Source: Oopsacas minuta
Taxonomy: Eukaryota; Animalia; Porifera
Assembly: GCA_024704765.1 (NCBI GenBank)
Contig: JAKMXF010000345.1
Location: forward strand, 1 to 64,000
Direction: 5' to 3'
DNA length: 64,000 bases
Shown in pieces: positions 36,056 to 50,700 of the stretch. The stretch's first letter is position 1. Each line of letters starts with the position of its first letter. The translations under genes were made by a program, and so were the position numbers. The notes under the pieces were generated by a model. The model was not told where the DNA came from. It made no database searches and was given only the letters and a program-made list of their open reading frames with translations.

Positions 36056-36479
36056 CAGTAGCGGCGCCAGGACTAATTTGGGGTCCCTGTCGAGCCCCTG
36101 CGTAATTTTGAGAAGGGGATAAAAAATTGTGAACGAACTTGTTTCTACTTTATTTCGTTTACACGTTTATTGTAGAATTATTTTTCTAGATGCCTAGTTT
36201 AGCTAATATTCCGCCTTAATTTCCCGAAAATCTTGTTTCTTCCTCTGTTTATGAATCCTTGTGTTAATTGTACTGTATTTTAATATTTCTTTATTTACTT
36301 TTGCTGCGACAATGCAATTTGTCAGAGCTCGATAAACCGCTTTCATCCAAAGCTTCAAGTACAGTTATAAGCCAATAAGTTGAGTAATTTAATTGATATA
36401 CCCTCCGAGCTTGGCCCCCACGAAAAAGCATGTCGCCACGCCCATCCCCTCCGTTCGCCAAACCCTGGCGCCGCTCCTG
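36056..36479. mobile_element. hAT-like MITE
   Basis: TIR CAGTAGCGGCGCCAGG / CCTGGCGCCGCTCCTG; TSD AGTGCGCC/AGTGCATC (6/8). Confidence 0.7.
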
Positions 36480-37596
36480 AGTGCATCTATTAATCTACAG
36501 TCAACTCCCATTATATCAAAGCTCAAGGGACGCCAATAATTACATCGATATAAGAATATTTCAATATATGCATGTTTGTTTTAACTGGAGTTGACTGTAT
36601 TCTTATCTTCACTTGGATTTGTATTGAGTCATTTCTCTAAACTGATTTTGGCTGTCAGCCTTTTACAATATCTACACGACCCTCTATGTATATAGCGTCG
36701 TATTTCTGCCCCTCAATAGGTATGCACACACGTGTTTGGGCGGGAAACTTAAGCAATATAGAAAATCCTCAAACACAATTTCTACTGGATTATACGATAC
36801 ACCAATTTCACATAGAATACCTTACATTCTTTACATTTCATAATTTCAACGTAGCAACCCATTAAAGGCAGATCCTAATTATTTAACCATGTGCAGAGCA
36901 TATTAATATGTCCTATAGGTTACTCAAAAGATAGATTTCATATCTTCAAATGCTATTAATGTTTTACCTCCCATTTGTATAACTCTACTATAAATTCTAA
37001 TTCAATAAGTAATGCGTTTAAATATATATATTCTTTATTGATATTTGTGTATTATATTTTGTAAGTTTGTGTATTATTACATTTTAAGCAATTTATGCGT
37101 GTGATAATACTCCCATAGAAGAACATAGAAAATACAACCTAGAATTTCCGGTTCATCGCGTTGGGTTCGTTAACCCTCCATAAGCCTTTTAAATTGTATT
37201 TTTCTAATCGATTCAAACCATAAAATATCTGGCCCTGCACCGATTTCTGTGATTTGACTTACACACGATTAAGTAATGCTTATTTCGTCATAGCATTAAG
37301 TAATCTTCTCTTGGAGATGTTTATGAATCTCTTGATCAATTATCCATCAAAATTCTATTTCCAGGATGAAAAATTTCAGTTCGTTTCTGAACGATTCCCC
37401 CCTAACAGTCTTCCTGGATCCGCTCCTGTAAGCTATTGGTATCTTGGCTCCCCATTCTGTCTAGCAAAATCTATAGGATAGCTTTAGAGCAACAACTTAT
37501 GTATCCGGTGTAAATCAGAGATCATTGCATCTTGTAATTATATTTATTATTTGAAAGTTTCACATCATTGATTAATTCGATTTATTGCCTTATAAT

Positions 37597-38128
37597 AGGC
37601 GTTTCTAATTTCTGGGATGTGACGTGACGGTACCGGAAAATGTAGATGCCTAAAGTACGTGACAGGAAGTTGTAGTAACCTTCCAAAGTGTATAACTATA
37701 TGTTTTATGGATAACACTCCGCCCACCTGTGTATTCAGAGCATATGGACTCCAGAATGTTTCTGCTTACTCCAAGTGTGATCGCGTTTTAGGGACCTCTG
37801 AGTACCGTATATATATATATCGCTAGCATATCGGAAACAAATCCAGTAAATAGGACCCCTTTCAAATTTCTCACACTAGCTACAAACACCATATACCCAA
37901 TTTATTAATGTATTCGTTGTCAGGCCACCCTCACGCGTTTACACCGGCCTCAGAATATCTCAAGTACTAGCTCTAAGATCCCGGGATAGTAGGGACAGCA
38001 CAGAATACATGAAGCATATAGTTATACACTTTGGATGATATATTTAGGAGGCTACTAAAACATCACGTCCCGTATTTTAGTCATCTGCATTTTCCGGGAC
38101 CGTCATGTCACAGAAATTACGCACGCTT
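37597..38128. mobile_element. MULE-like non-autonomous element
   Basis: Long imperfect TIR (..TAATTTCTG..GTGACGGTACCGGAAAATG(T/C)AGATG..); perfect 9-bp TSD CCTTATAAT at 37588-37596 and 38129-38137. Confidence 0.75.
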
Positions 38129-38711
38129 CCTTATAATATCCAAAGGTTTGTGAATTAATTGTTATATGTCAAGAATTTGCAAGCTATTTTGGACAAAATT
38201 ATCAACCAGTTTTTGTCCGGCTAAAGCTTTCGGCTACATAGATCTTATCAATTATTCCACAAACTTTATGTCATGTGCATACCTCAGACAGACATGAAGG
38301 CCTCAGGACGAGGTTGATCATATTCTAATACCCCTATGTATTAACTTTCATGATGTCCTAGATTGTCAGAGGAGGCCTGAAACATTAGGGCAACCTGTAT
38401 GGTAACGCCTTGCATTAGTATAATATTTCTAAATATATTCAGGAACTTTTCATGATCTCATTACATAACCTTATCACACAATTAATGATATAATTGACTC
38501 ATTTTTTCCTGGAATAGAATCATACCCACCCCATTGAAGTAATGCATAATCATGATATGACAATATAATTCAGCAATAATCAGTTGATCCCCTCGCTTAG
38601 GATGTAGGTGATGATGATGTCATTCCCCCGCCAGTTTTACTTTTTGAATGATGGTGGAGTCAAAACTGGGTAGACACGTGTACTTTTTACATATTTTGTA
38701 TTATAATTAGT

Positions 38712-41700
38712 ATGTTCTTATATGCTTTGACGTTACAGCGTCCTACAGCCATAACCTCAGTCATTCATGGTAACTTTTCAGGGTCAAAAACACAGGAAAT
38801 ATTACTGGCACGCGGCCGGCTTTTAGAATTATACCGGTTGGATGTGAATACCGGTAAATTATACCCATTATTAACCGTGGAAGTGTTTGGTATTATCAGG
38901 TCTTTGGCACCGTTTCGTTTGACAGGTGCTACGAAGGATTTCATAATTCTGGGTAGTGATTCTGGACGTATTATTATAATGGAGTATAATCCCATTAAGA
39001 ACACTTTTGATAAGGTAAATAGACCGTGATAATTTGTTATATAATTTTATTATACACTGTTATTAGATTGGCCATACTATACCTTATACACATCTACGTA
39101 CACTATAATACAGTCAACTCCGCTTAACGGCGTTTGTGATGATTGGCTTTGGAATTTTCGAGAAAAGTTCGAGAGTTTTCTAAAAATATTTTTTTGTAAA
39201 TAAGTGAAGAATTATGTCATCTTATATTATTTACAAAAAATTTCAAAATCTCAGAGAATTTGCATATGCTGCTTCATCAACATCTTGTAATTTTTCAGAA
39301 AAATACACAATTTATCGAGACACATTGGTTCGAGCCCTTTTGTCCCAATTAACTGGAGATTTCTAATAATAATACTAAAGAGCATCATTTTCCATTTTTT
39401 CAGTCGCAGAATCCCCAAAAGCAAGATAACCACTCTATTGTTGAGTAATACCCATCCAATGTACAAACTTAGAATTTTCGGATCATTTAGTGCCTTCAAT
39501 GGATCATGTTGATAACAATGAATGGTAAATAATTTTTGGTTTGGCAATATTAATCCCAAATTACATGTACCAAGCTTAGTAGAATTTCCTATATCAAGAG
39601 AAATTCGTCTTGATTGAGTTTCTAATTTTCAATCGATTGCCAGAGCTGTCCCGGTAACCGAAAATATTTAGTATTAACTTGAATGGAGATGATTCCGTTC
39701 CTGGAGATTTATACCAATTAAGCAGAGTTGACTGTATCTGACTTGATCATGTTCTAAATCAGGTTTTTACTTTCATATAAGATATCTATGTCGCCACAGT
39801 TTGATATAATTTCTCTAGTTGATGAATCTGTTCTAAATACAATATTTCGAATACTTTACCAGGAAGAGATTCCTTATATATATAGCTGGGCTATAGTATA
39901 GTATAGTGTAGTATAGTTTTGTGCAATACAAAACCCTCATACCCTCATTCGAAAAGGTGACTTTCATTAATCCAAAAAATGACCTTTGCTCTAAGAATAG
40001 CTGAGCTATATTTAAGTTATTTGTACCAGGAAATAACCAGAATATATCATATGTCCTTCAGTGTTCTCAAATTACCAAAACTCAAAACAGGGATGGTCCC
40101 AGAATCTTACATACCTGGGGCCAGGATTTTCAAATCAGGGGACTGATGCCCCGTTTGACCCCCCCGCAACTGACACAAATGAATTTTTAATGCATATTGA
40201 AAACACAGAAAACAAATTCAACAGCGAACAATTCAACTTTCGCGGAATTTCAACATCAGCTTTATACACCAATTAAATATATTTTCCTATACAGGTACAT
40301 CAGGAAACATTCGGTAAGAGTGGATGTAGAAGAATAGTACCAGGACAATATCTAGCTGTAGATCCTAAGGGTAGAGCTGTTATGATAGGAGCTGTTGAGA
40401 AACAAAAACTGGTATACATACTGAACAGGTTAGAATTTGGATTGGGTAGTACTGCATACTTGCTAATTGTATCGATTTTGGAGAGACGTTCCGTATTTAT
40501 ATATATTGAGTGTGACCCCATGCTAATTTTTACACACCCCGGTTGTGAATTCCTGGAGTAGGCATTATTTGAGTATCATATAGATATACTGACGAAACAT
40601 ATAGTCTGTATTTGTAAAACGAAACTATGCTACTTTTCTTGTATTTTTATTCAAAATATTTCTCTATTTCTATTGTGTATATGAAGAGTAGATACCGGAT
40701 GTAACAACACCGGTTAAAAGAAATCTAGTTCGATTTACCGAATCTTTTGTATTCTACTAATCTACTTCATTGAATTTTGCTGCTGGGAATATGAATATTA
40801 TACTGGAAATCGGGTGCCATATATTCCTATATAATTTATGCCGGTCAGTGTTTCCCACAGGATTTTATGAAAGCGCTCATATTTGGAATTAATGGTGCTC
40901 TGTCGCTTACACAAATAATATACTTATGCACACAGTCTTCATTTTAACTTAGCTAGATATTTTACTTGCGTTAAATGACTCGCTTAACACGCTTGGGGGA
41001 AACACTGATGGTGGTTATGAGAATATGTTTTGAGACCAGTGTTACCCAAAGCGCGTCAATAATCGCGCTTATAATATCTAGCTGCTCTAAAATGAATAGT
41101 GTGTGCATAGGGTTTAGTACGTGTGTAAGCAACAGAGGCCCCCTCAATCCCCAAAATGAGCGCTTTCCAAAAATACTGTGGAAACGCTGTTTGAAATAAA
41201 GCACTGACCTTTGCTTATAAGAACACCGCTATAATGTCATAATAGATATAAGGGCCATTGTCTTGGAAAATTATCATAATATTCTTATATACGTATTATT
41301 TATGCTGGTTGTGTAATGTATCGGTTATAAGAACATATTATTTTGCTGCTTCCAATGATGTTCTTATAAGCGATATCCATTGTAAGCATACTTGGCTAAC
41401 CAACATTCCTGCCGTTGCTAGGGACTCTTCTGCCCGTCTGACGATCTCCTCCCCTTTAGAAGCGCACAAATCTTATGCAATTCTCTTCCACATGGTTGGT
41501 GTAGATGTAGGATTTGAGAATCCAACTTTTGCTTGTCTTGAGCTGGATTATGAAGATTCTGATCAGGATTCTACTGGAGAAGCTTTGAAGCAAGCGCAAC
41601 AGACACTAACATACTATGAATTAGATCTAGGTTTGTATTAAACCGAGATTATTGTTAACATCAGTAACTCGAACCCTCAGGGGAAATCAAAATCTGTTCG

Positions 41701-44700
41701 AGGTAACGGGTGTTCCTGTTAACGGAAGTTTACTGTACTTCCTATGCACTACGAGCGAAATGAATCGGTACACTAATATTCTGCCTCGAAAAACACGTAT
41801 ACCTTGTGAAAATATACAATAGAGTCTCCGAATAACAGACACGTTGGGGACATCGCTTCTGTCCGTTTTGGGGAGTTGTCCGCTTCTCGGGGTCTGCTAA
41901 AGTATTACATATATGATTGCTAATTCATTCCGTTCCAGGAGGTTTATCCGTTATAGAGGGATTGTCCACTTCTCGGAGTGTCCGTTTGGGAGACTCCACT
42001 ATACGTAGGATTTTGGCTATAATTACCTTCGGATTATTTTATCTGACAGATATTTTTGTCTTCATTCCTCCTGTAAATAATGCATAAATGGAGAAAAACC
42101 CCTATTTCTACTGTAGTGCGTATTAACCGACTGTAAGTTTTATCGCTATTTACTGTAATTACTTTCTCCCTATCTCCAGGCTTAAACCACGTAATCCGGA
42201 AGTTCTCAGAGCCACTAGACCACATTTGTAATATACTCATATCAGTACCTGGTGGTATAGAAGGTCCTAGTGGAGTATTACTATGCGCTGAGAATTATGT
42301 TATTTATAAGAATGTTGGAGAGCAGGGTGATATTAAAATGCCTATACCAAGGAGAGTTAATGATCTGGATAATCCTGAAAGAGGTAGGTCATATGTGGAA
42401 CCTCGTTAATACGAACACTAACAAACTGTCGAAATTGTTTGTCTTATCTGGCAATTCGTATTAACCGCGTTCTACTACATTCGCTCATCGCAGTGTGCCC
42501 CATTGGCAAACTAGGTTCATGAGTGTTGGTGAGCAAAGATGACGTCATGTTCACCCTCCCTATTCTTTTTGTATTATACGTGCTTAGTGTATCCAAATTA
42601 TGGTGAAATTTCTTGTGTATTGTCATCTCTATAAACCTTTCATGAAAACATCCCGATTAATAGACTATAGTTTCATATTATTCATAGCAACAAGTATGAT
42701 TCTCGGAATTTTATGAGTATCACTTCAGTATTCTGGCCTAAACCATACACATAATTCGAAAATATTCGGTTAGGACAAAAGCCGTTTGAAATTTTCCTTT
42801 TAAGCGGAATCTATTGTATATTTACCGCAATATTTACAGGTATTATATTCGTATGCTCTGCAACACACAAGACAAAAACAATATTTTTCGTGCTAGCACA
42901 GACAGAACAAGGTGACGTATTCAAGATAACATTACAAGTAGAAGATGAAGTTGTTACTGAAATACGTATCAAGTATTTTGATACTATTCCTGTTGCTGTT
43001 TCTATGACTGTTTTGAAGACTGGATTCTTGTTTGTTGGAGCTGAGTTTGGTAATCATACTCTATATCAAATTGCTCATTTAGGTGAGATTTGATATGAAG
43101 ATTTATTTGTTCCTGAGACCATTTCTCCAAAGAGTTTGACCATTTTCAGCTCATTTTCCCTTTAATAGATTCGTCATTACTCGTAATTCATGTCAAATAC
43201 GGTTCTTAGTAACCACAAACCGTTAAGACATATAAGTTCGCTAATTCTAATGAATTCGACGTTTTATATTCACAAATTGAATCTATCATAGAGTTGGTGT
43301 ATTTCTGAGATCCTGGAAAACTCTAAAATCTGCCAGCCTCCGGACGAGACTCAAAGGTTCTACTGTACTTCTTAATGACTTAGTTCAGAGTTTCCCTTGT
43401 CGTTAATTGCAAAGTTGGTAATGATACTATTCCATGTACTGTCTCCGCGCAACTTACGATTATTCGGTGCACTACAAATCTTGCGCTTCGCCCTTTTACA
43501 AATCTTTAGAGCCAAAGCTTTCCAGCAATATATTCTGGAAATGTGGATTCGAAAATATCCTAACAGATATCAGGAAATTTCGCCCAAATTTTATAATCGG
43601 TGATTTTGACTTACAGTAGAGTCTCCGAATAACGGATACGTTAGGGACATCGCTTCTGTCCGTTTTAGGAAATTATCCGCTTCTCAGAGACTACTAAAGT
43701 ATTACATATATGATTGCTAATTCCGTTCCAAGAGGTTTGTCGGTTGTAGAGGGATTGTCCACTACTCGGAGTGTCCATTTTTGGAGACTCCATTGTATAT
43801 CTTTATCAACCAAACTCCATACACGATTTCAATTTTCTATTAATTTCCTGTATCTACTGTATCCAATTCTTTTAGGCGACAATGATGATGAATTAGAATT
43901 CTCCAGCTTAAACCTCCCTCCACCTGGAGAATCATTTCTCTACTCACCACGTGTTCTGAAGAACTTAGTGCTTGTGGATGAGTTAGAGAGTTTAGCTCCT
44001 ATAACATCATGTATTATCACTGATTTAGTGGGAGAAGATACTCCTCAGTTCTATGCATTATGTGGTAGAGGCCCTAGATCTACACTTAAGTTAGTTTATT
44101 TATTACATTAATGTGGAGTAATGTATTGTTAGTGTAGCTCAGCCGTTCCCATGGCCACTTGGTGGTCCACTGAAGACAGCAGGGGGTCCACAGAATGTGT
44201 TAAATTTGATATAGGGTTGGGTGAAATGGCAAAGGTTGGGCACCACTGGTATAACTCTTGTAGGGAGATGTCCTCTTGGTGTATATGGAGTGCAGAGGTC
44301 CGAACGATCCTGCGAAATCTAGCACTCCGATTGGTATTATATAGTCAACTCCAGTTATATCGAAGTATTAAATTACACAAATATTGTCTCAAACCAAAGT
44401 AACATAAAATTCATCGGTTAGATCGAAGTAATTATCGCAGTCCCTTGAGCTTCGATATAACAGAAGTTGGCTGTACTGTTTTCGACACTGTATGATAAAT
44501 TTGGTTCGTATTTCGAAAGATGAATTTTACATATACGGACACATATTTGCGTATCATATGATTAATCATAATTCACACCTTTTGGCTATAATTTGCAAAT
44601 ATTCTAAAAGAGCTATCGATTGAATCTGGGAGCATCGCTGATAACCTTAATTATCGCGAAATATATCGCCAGTACCAAATACATCTACACGCTAGATTTC

Positions 44701-47700
44701 GATTCTTGCCGTCAATCACCTCACAATTAACTCTCGCTATATCGAGAAAGGGTATATCGAAACTACTGCATAGACCGCGTTCTGAAGTAGGTCTAAAGTA
44801 GATACAATTCTATACGTACTATTAATACACAATTTATCTGTCGAATTCACTGAGTGGTAAAATTTTATTATCCAGGGTCCACCCAAACTACACTCAAAAA
44901 ATTTTAGGGGTGAGTGAGCATGATGTCAACTTTGCCTGCTCAGATTCAAGATTTTGTTGCGCCAATGCCCGTGAGGGTTCACAAACTGTATACGATTTCG
45001 CTGAACATAACAATTCAATAGTGAACCAATGTAAACGAGAGTTTAGTATATCCAATTTTCTAGAATTCTCCGCCATGGACTTGAAGTTACAGAAATGGCT
45101 GTATCAGAACTACCTGGTAATCCAGTATCAGTATGGACAGCTAAAACTAACGTCATCGCGGAATTTGACGCTTACATAATCGTATCATTTATTAACGCTA
45201 CACTAGTATTGAGTATCGGTGAGACTGTAGAGGAGGTCACTGATTCAGGATTCCTTGGTACTACACCGACGATCAATTGTTGTCAATTGGGAGAAGATAC
45301 ACTGGTACAGGTAAGTAGAGAGTTCTAAGCCATTGTTTATCAGATACATACGTTTATAGCAAATACCAATCGACCATTGTAGTAACTATCAGAACATTAG
45401 AGATAATTCAATCCTCACTATACCTTGCCTAGCAGATGTTATTATTAAATTGGATTTGGTTATTCTCCAATTTCTCTATGATCACGTAGTGCTACAATGT
45501 CTTAAATATACATTGCAATAGATGTATGTCTTCTAAAACAGTTGCTCTATATATTTACACTTCAATTTCCAGAAAATCCTCCGTTTGCACTGTATTCATA
45601 AACGATATATTATGCTCGAATAGGTGTACCCAGAAGGCATTCGTCACATACGCTCCGACAAACGTGTCAATGAGTGGAGAGCTCCACACAAGAAGCTAAT
45701 AACTCGCTGTGCTGTCAATGATAGACAAGTTGTCATAGCTTTAACAGGTGGTGAATTGGTGTATTTTGAAATGAATCAGACAGGACAATTGAATGAGTAT
45801 ACGGAGAAGAAAGAGATGGGAGAAGATGTGTTGTCTATTGCTTTGGGGCCTGTTCCACCTGGAGAATTGAGATCTAGATTCTTAGCTGTTGGTAAGTTAT
45901 GTTTCCCTGACACCTCGTTTGTGAACGTTATACTGTGGTTTAAACACACAAATCAATCGTCGAAGTTTACCTGGTTTATATTACGAATGGTGGAAATATT
46001 CGCGGGAAATTTATGTTGTGAATTTCGTACAGTCGAATCGGGGTTTTGCAACGAAAATCCTCGATAATAGAGTGAAAAAAACGATAGGCAAATATCCCAA
46101 TGAGTTTTGGAGAAACAAGCACATTCAAGCAGGCAAAAAAACAGTGTCAAAATCCGCCGATTTCGGTTGTATTGCAAACTTACTCGCCTCTTCCTTCCAC
46201 CAACCGTTCTATTACAAACCTCAATATATATCTTATAGGATTACGTGATGAAACAGTTCGTATAATAAGTCTAGACCCTTCTGACTGCTTACAGCCCCTA
46301 GCTTTACAAGCACTGCCAAAAGCACCGGATTCTCTAGCTATTGTAGAGATGGGAGGTACTGAAGCAGGGGAAGGTGTACCGAGTACCAGAGGACATTTGT
46401 ATCTTTATATTGGACTGAGGAATGGTGTGTTGTTAAGGACAGAGCTTGATATGGTGACAGGGGAACTCTCTGATACTAGAACTAGATATCTAGGTGAGTG
46501 GAAATAGGCAGTGTTTTAGAGTTTTGTAACATAAAAATGTTGCCCGATAATTGCCAACAAAATCTTGGACTTTCCATATAGCTAATATTGGTAAGGACAT
46601 GCAACAACTATGAACTTTTCATTACTTTTGGCTTAAACTTGGAAATGAACTTAGCATGGCCATGTACCACAGGCCACAGATTCTATTCTTTGGTGTCTGC
46701 AGTTGTTCATTGTAGAAATTTGCAGAACTTGGATATTGCTGACCTTCTGAAGAGTGATTTGAGTTCGAATTAATTACGATGAAAGAGGAGCAGTTCCTTC
46801 TATCACTCTCCCGTCTCTAGAATGAATCATCCCATATTCCCAAATCTATTTCATATACCTACTTGTAATTTTCTAGGTAGCAAGCCAGCTAAACTATTCG
46901 TCGTTAAAACACATGGTACTCAATCAATCCTCGCTATAAGCTCTCGATCCTGGTTAAGCTACACTTATCAATCCCGTTTCCATCTAACTCCATTATCTTA
47001 CGAAGCACTGGAGTATGCGAGTGGATTTTCTTCAGAACAATGCCCTGAGGGCCTAGTTGCTATTAGTAGTAATTCTCTGCGAATTCTAGCACTTCAAAAG
47101 TTGGGTACTAATTTCAATCAAGCTTCTATTCCACTACAGTATACACCTAGGAGATTTTGTATTCACCCTCCTTCTTGTAGATTCAGTGAGTTCATACTTT
47201 TATCTGTATGTAGACCAGGTTTTTTCAAATTCTCATAGCCACATTTTGTATAATATTAGGTATCATTGGTCATGTTTGGTCACGTTTGGCCATATTTGAT
47301 CATGTCCACAGGCTGAGAAACTCTGAAGTAGAATATCGTAGGAGGATAAATCTTTTGATGATTTTCCCAAATCAAATCTATTTTTAGTGCAGCAGATCCT
47401 ATAGGGAGATGCCCTAATGGCATGAACGATGTGCGACGTTCGTCTGCTCTGCCATGCGAAATCTAACAGTCAGATTTACATGAAAATTGGTATACATAAA
47501 CAATTTTGGTCGGAGATTTGTCCCCCGTCTGGAAAGATTTTATTCGTATTTTTTCCAAATTTATGGATAATTCTTTGGTCGCAGAGTGTACAATCCACAT
47601 TTTACTAGTTTTGTTGGAAAATTCTATATTTTTAATGCCCAGAGAGAATGTGGTGAGATAATCGAAGGGTCAAAATATTCAGGACAAAAGGAGCACGCTC

Positions 47701-50700
47701 CAATCCGCTTCTTTTCATTCTTTCAGATTTTCATTAGATTTGTATTTTAAGTAATCAGGATTGAATTAACTATTGTACATTCGGGAAATTACTAAATGTG
47801 CAAAGTCAAACCATTTCAATAAATTGTGAATTATACAAAAGTATCCTAGCATTCACTTTTTATATCAAGAATACTGAATTCATGCAGAATAACGATGAAA
47901 TTTGTAGATTGTTTGCGCGCCCCAGGTCTCACTCCTAAAATAGGACTCGCTCCTTTAATGCTCTGGTGTACACTCTATTCCTTTTAGTAATTATCGAAAC
48001 AGACCATAATGCATTCACTGACCAAACCAAGAAGCAACGTAAACAGAAAATAGCTGAAGAAATAGTACAAACAGCTAGCAATGAAGATCAGGCAGTAGCA
48101 AGAACAAATGCTGAAGCTTTTCTATTAGAAAACATACCAGAGAATATATTCGGTGCCCCCAAAGCAGGGACAGCTCAATGGGCTAGTACTATACGACTTC
48201 TAGACCCGATTGAGAAAAATACTATTAATCTCATACGGCTAGAACAGAATGAATCTGCAATGAGTTTGGTTTGTTGTCAGTTCATGAATCAACCAGTTGA
48301 TGATTGGTTTTTGGTGGTGGGTATAACAGCTAATTTTAGGTTAAACCCGAGAGAAGTTACTGGTGGAGCTATTGATGTGTATAGGTATGTAATAATGTAG
48401 ATTCTCGTTAATAGAGTACGATACCTCCGTGTGCGGTATCCTGAGAGATCTAACTGTATAAATACAGTCTATGCCGGTTATAAGAACATCGTCGGGAACT
48501 GAACATAATGTTCTTATATATGACATGCTGGTTATAAGAACATGTTGATATAACCAGCATAAAATATACAGGAATATATGAGAACAGTTTTCTGAAGATG
48601 GTTCTTATATCCGGCATGGAAAGTGATTATATCCGGTAAAAAATTAAATGGAGTAAAATACATAAGATTCGGTAAATCTGGTTATGTTTCTCATAACCGG
48701 CATCTACTGTAATATGATAATTGGTGAATATATACATTTTGGTGTGTAGATTTGCACATGTGCTTTGGTTTTTGCCTAAAATGATATTTTCACGTATTTT
48801 TGGAATTTTTAAGTCTCGAAATTTTTATTACAAATATGGATCTAATGATATATCATATTTTCATACTTTCTTGTTAATTCAAATATATTATTCGATTTTT
48901 CCTGATTGAAATGGGAGCAAAGCCCAATTTGATAGAATTTATCTACAGTGTAACTTCCACAAACGGTGTACCAGAGGGACGCGCAAAATGCTACCCCGTC
49001 TGTGGAGGTTCATTTTATAGGCCTAGAAATTCGCTATATTTATTTTCACTCCGTTTCTACAGGCCCCGTTTATTTTTGTTTACTGTATTATTTCTAGAAT
49101 AAACCATGATGCTGAATCTTTCAACTTTCTGCACCGTACAACTGTAGACGAGATACCAGCAGCTATCTGTGCCTTTCAAGGCAAACTATTGGTTGGCATC
49201 GGCAAAACATTACGTCTCTATGAACTTGGTAAACGTAAACTCTTACGTAAAGCTGAGAACAAGCATATACCATCATTCATAGTAGATATTAAAGTAAAGG
49301 GACATCGCATATTTGTTAGTGATGTCCAGCACTCAATGCATTTCTTAAGGTTCAAGCCTATGGAGAATTCTATTGGGATATTCGCTGATGACACAATACA
49401 TAGATGGATAACTACAAGTTGTCTTTTGGATTATAGATCAATAGCTGTTGGAGATAAGTTTGGGAATATATCAGTGTTACAATTGGCTGAAAATGTTAAT
49501 GATGATGTTAAGGAAGATCCTACTGGTATTAGAGGGCTGTGGGATAGAGGTTTATTGAGTGGTGCTGGTCAAAAAGCAGAGGTAATAATTATTTGGAAAT
49601 TACTGAGTTTTAATACTATTTCTTGTCGGAATTGGGAAATTCCAGAGCATTTTTTCGAAATAATTTCTATACAGAAATTATTTTGAAAAGATAAGATATA
49701 CAGTAAAGTCTCCGAATAACAGACACGTTAGGGACATTGCTTCTGTTCGTCTTAGAGAGTTGTCCGCTTCTCAGAGACTGCTAAAGTATTACATATATGA
49801 TTGCTAATTCATTCCGTTCCAAGAGGTTTGTCCGTTGTAGAGGGATTGTCTGCTTCTCAGAGTGTCTGTTTTGGGAGAATCCATCGTACAGCGTTTGTGA
49901 AGCTTACACTGTTCGTAAAAATTACGGAGTTTTTCCTAGTAATTTTTCGAAATATTTTCATGGAACTTAATACACAGCTATCTAAGTACAGTCGCGATAT
50001 ATGAATTTATATGCACCTATGCGAAGCTACCGTCACTAGTTACTACAGTGGAGTCCCCCAAAACGGACAGTCCAAGAAGCAACGGCGGATTCCTGGGGGG
50101 GGCAATTGCCCTCCCCTCCCACCAGTTTTCAACATTAGAATAGCTGAAATAATTAGTAAACAAGAAAGGATATAATTTTTTGGAAATTCTACAAGGATGA
50201 AGGCGTATTAGCTAGCATGGAATCACTTGCTTCTTCTGCATCATCCACCTTTCCCACATTATCTAAATTGATTGCTTTCACAATTTCTCTATTCAAGGAA
50301 ATTGTCATCAAATCACTTGCTCTAGTGCCATCATGCTAGCCCAACTTAGTATTCTATTCATAGCCCTGACTAAAGCTTCCCTCGACTGTTGCAGTACTGA
50401 CAGGGATGGTTTAGAGTATTCTATAATGAAATCAAAAACTATCTCTGATAAGTTCAATTTTGCCCCCCCAGAAGTTTTTAAAGAATCCGCCACTGCCGAG
50501 AAGTGGATAATCACTCTACAACGAACAGACCTCCTGAAACGGAATGAATTAACAATCATATATGTAATAATACTTTAGCAGTCTCTGAGAAGTAGATAAC
50601 TCTCTAAAACGGACAGAAGCGATATCCCTAACGTATCCGTTATTCGGAGACTTTACTGTATACATCTAGTCCCGTTCAAACTTTTCATAACACACTATTC

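Noticed and set aside
38631-38669. Hairpin CCAGTTTT-ACT...AGTC-AAAACTGG upstream of SF3B3 as a regulatory RNA or snoRNA
   Set aside because: No complete C/D or H/ACA box arrangement; resembles MITE-derived sequence (compare ~50115-50130).
39251-39559. 102-aa ORF inside the 624-bp TA-MITE as a transposase remnant
   Set aside because: No DDE or HTH motif seen in this frame or the other minus-strand frames examined.
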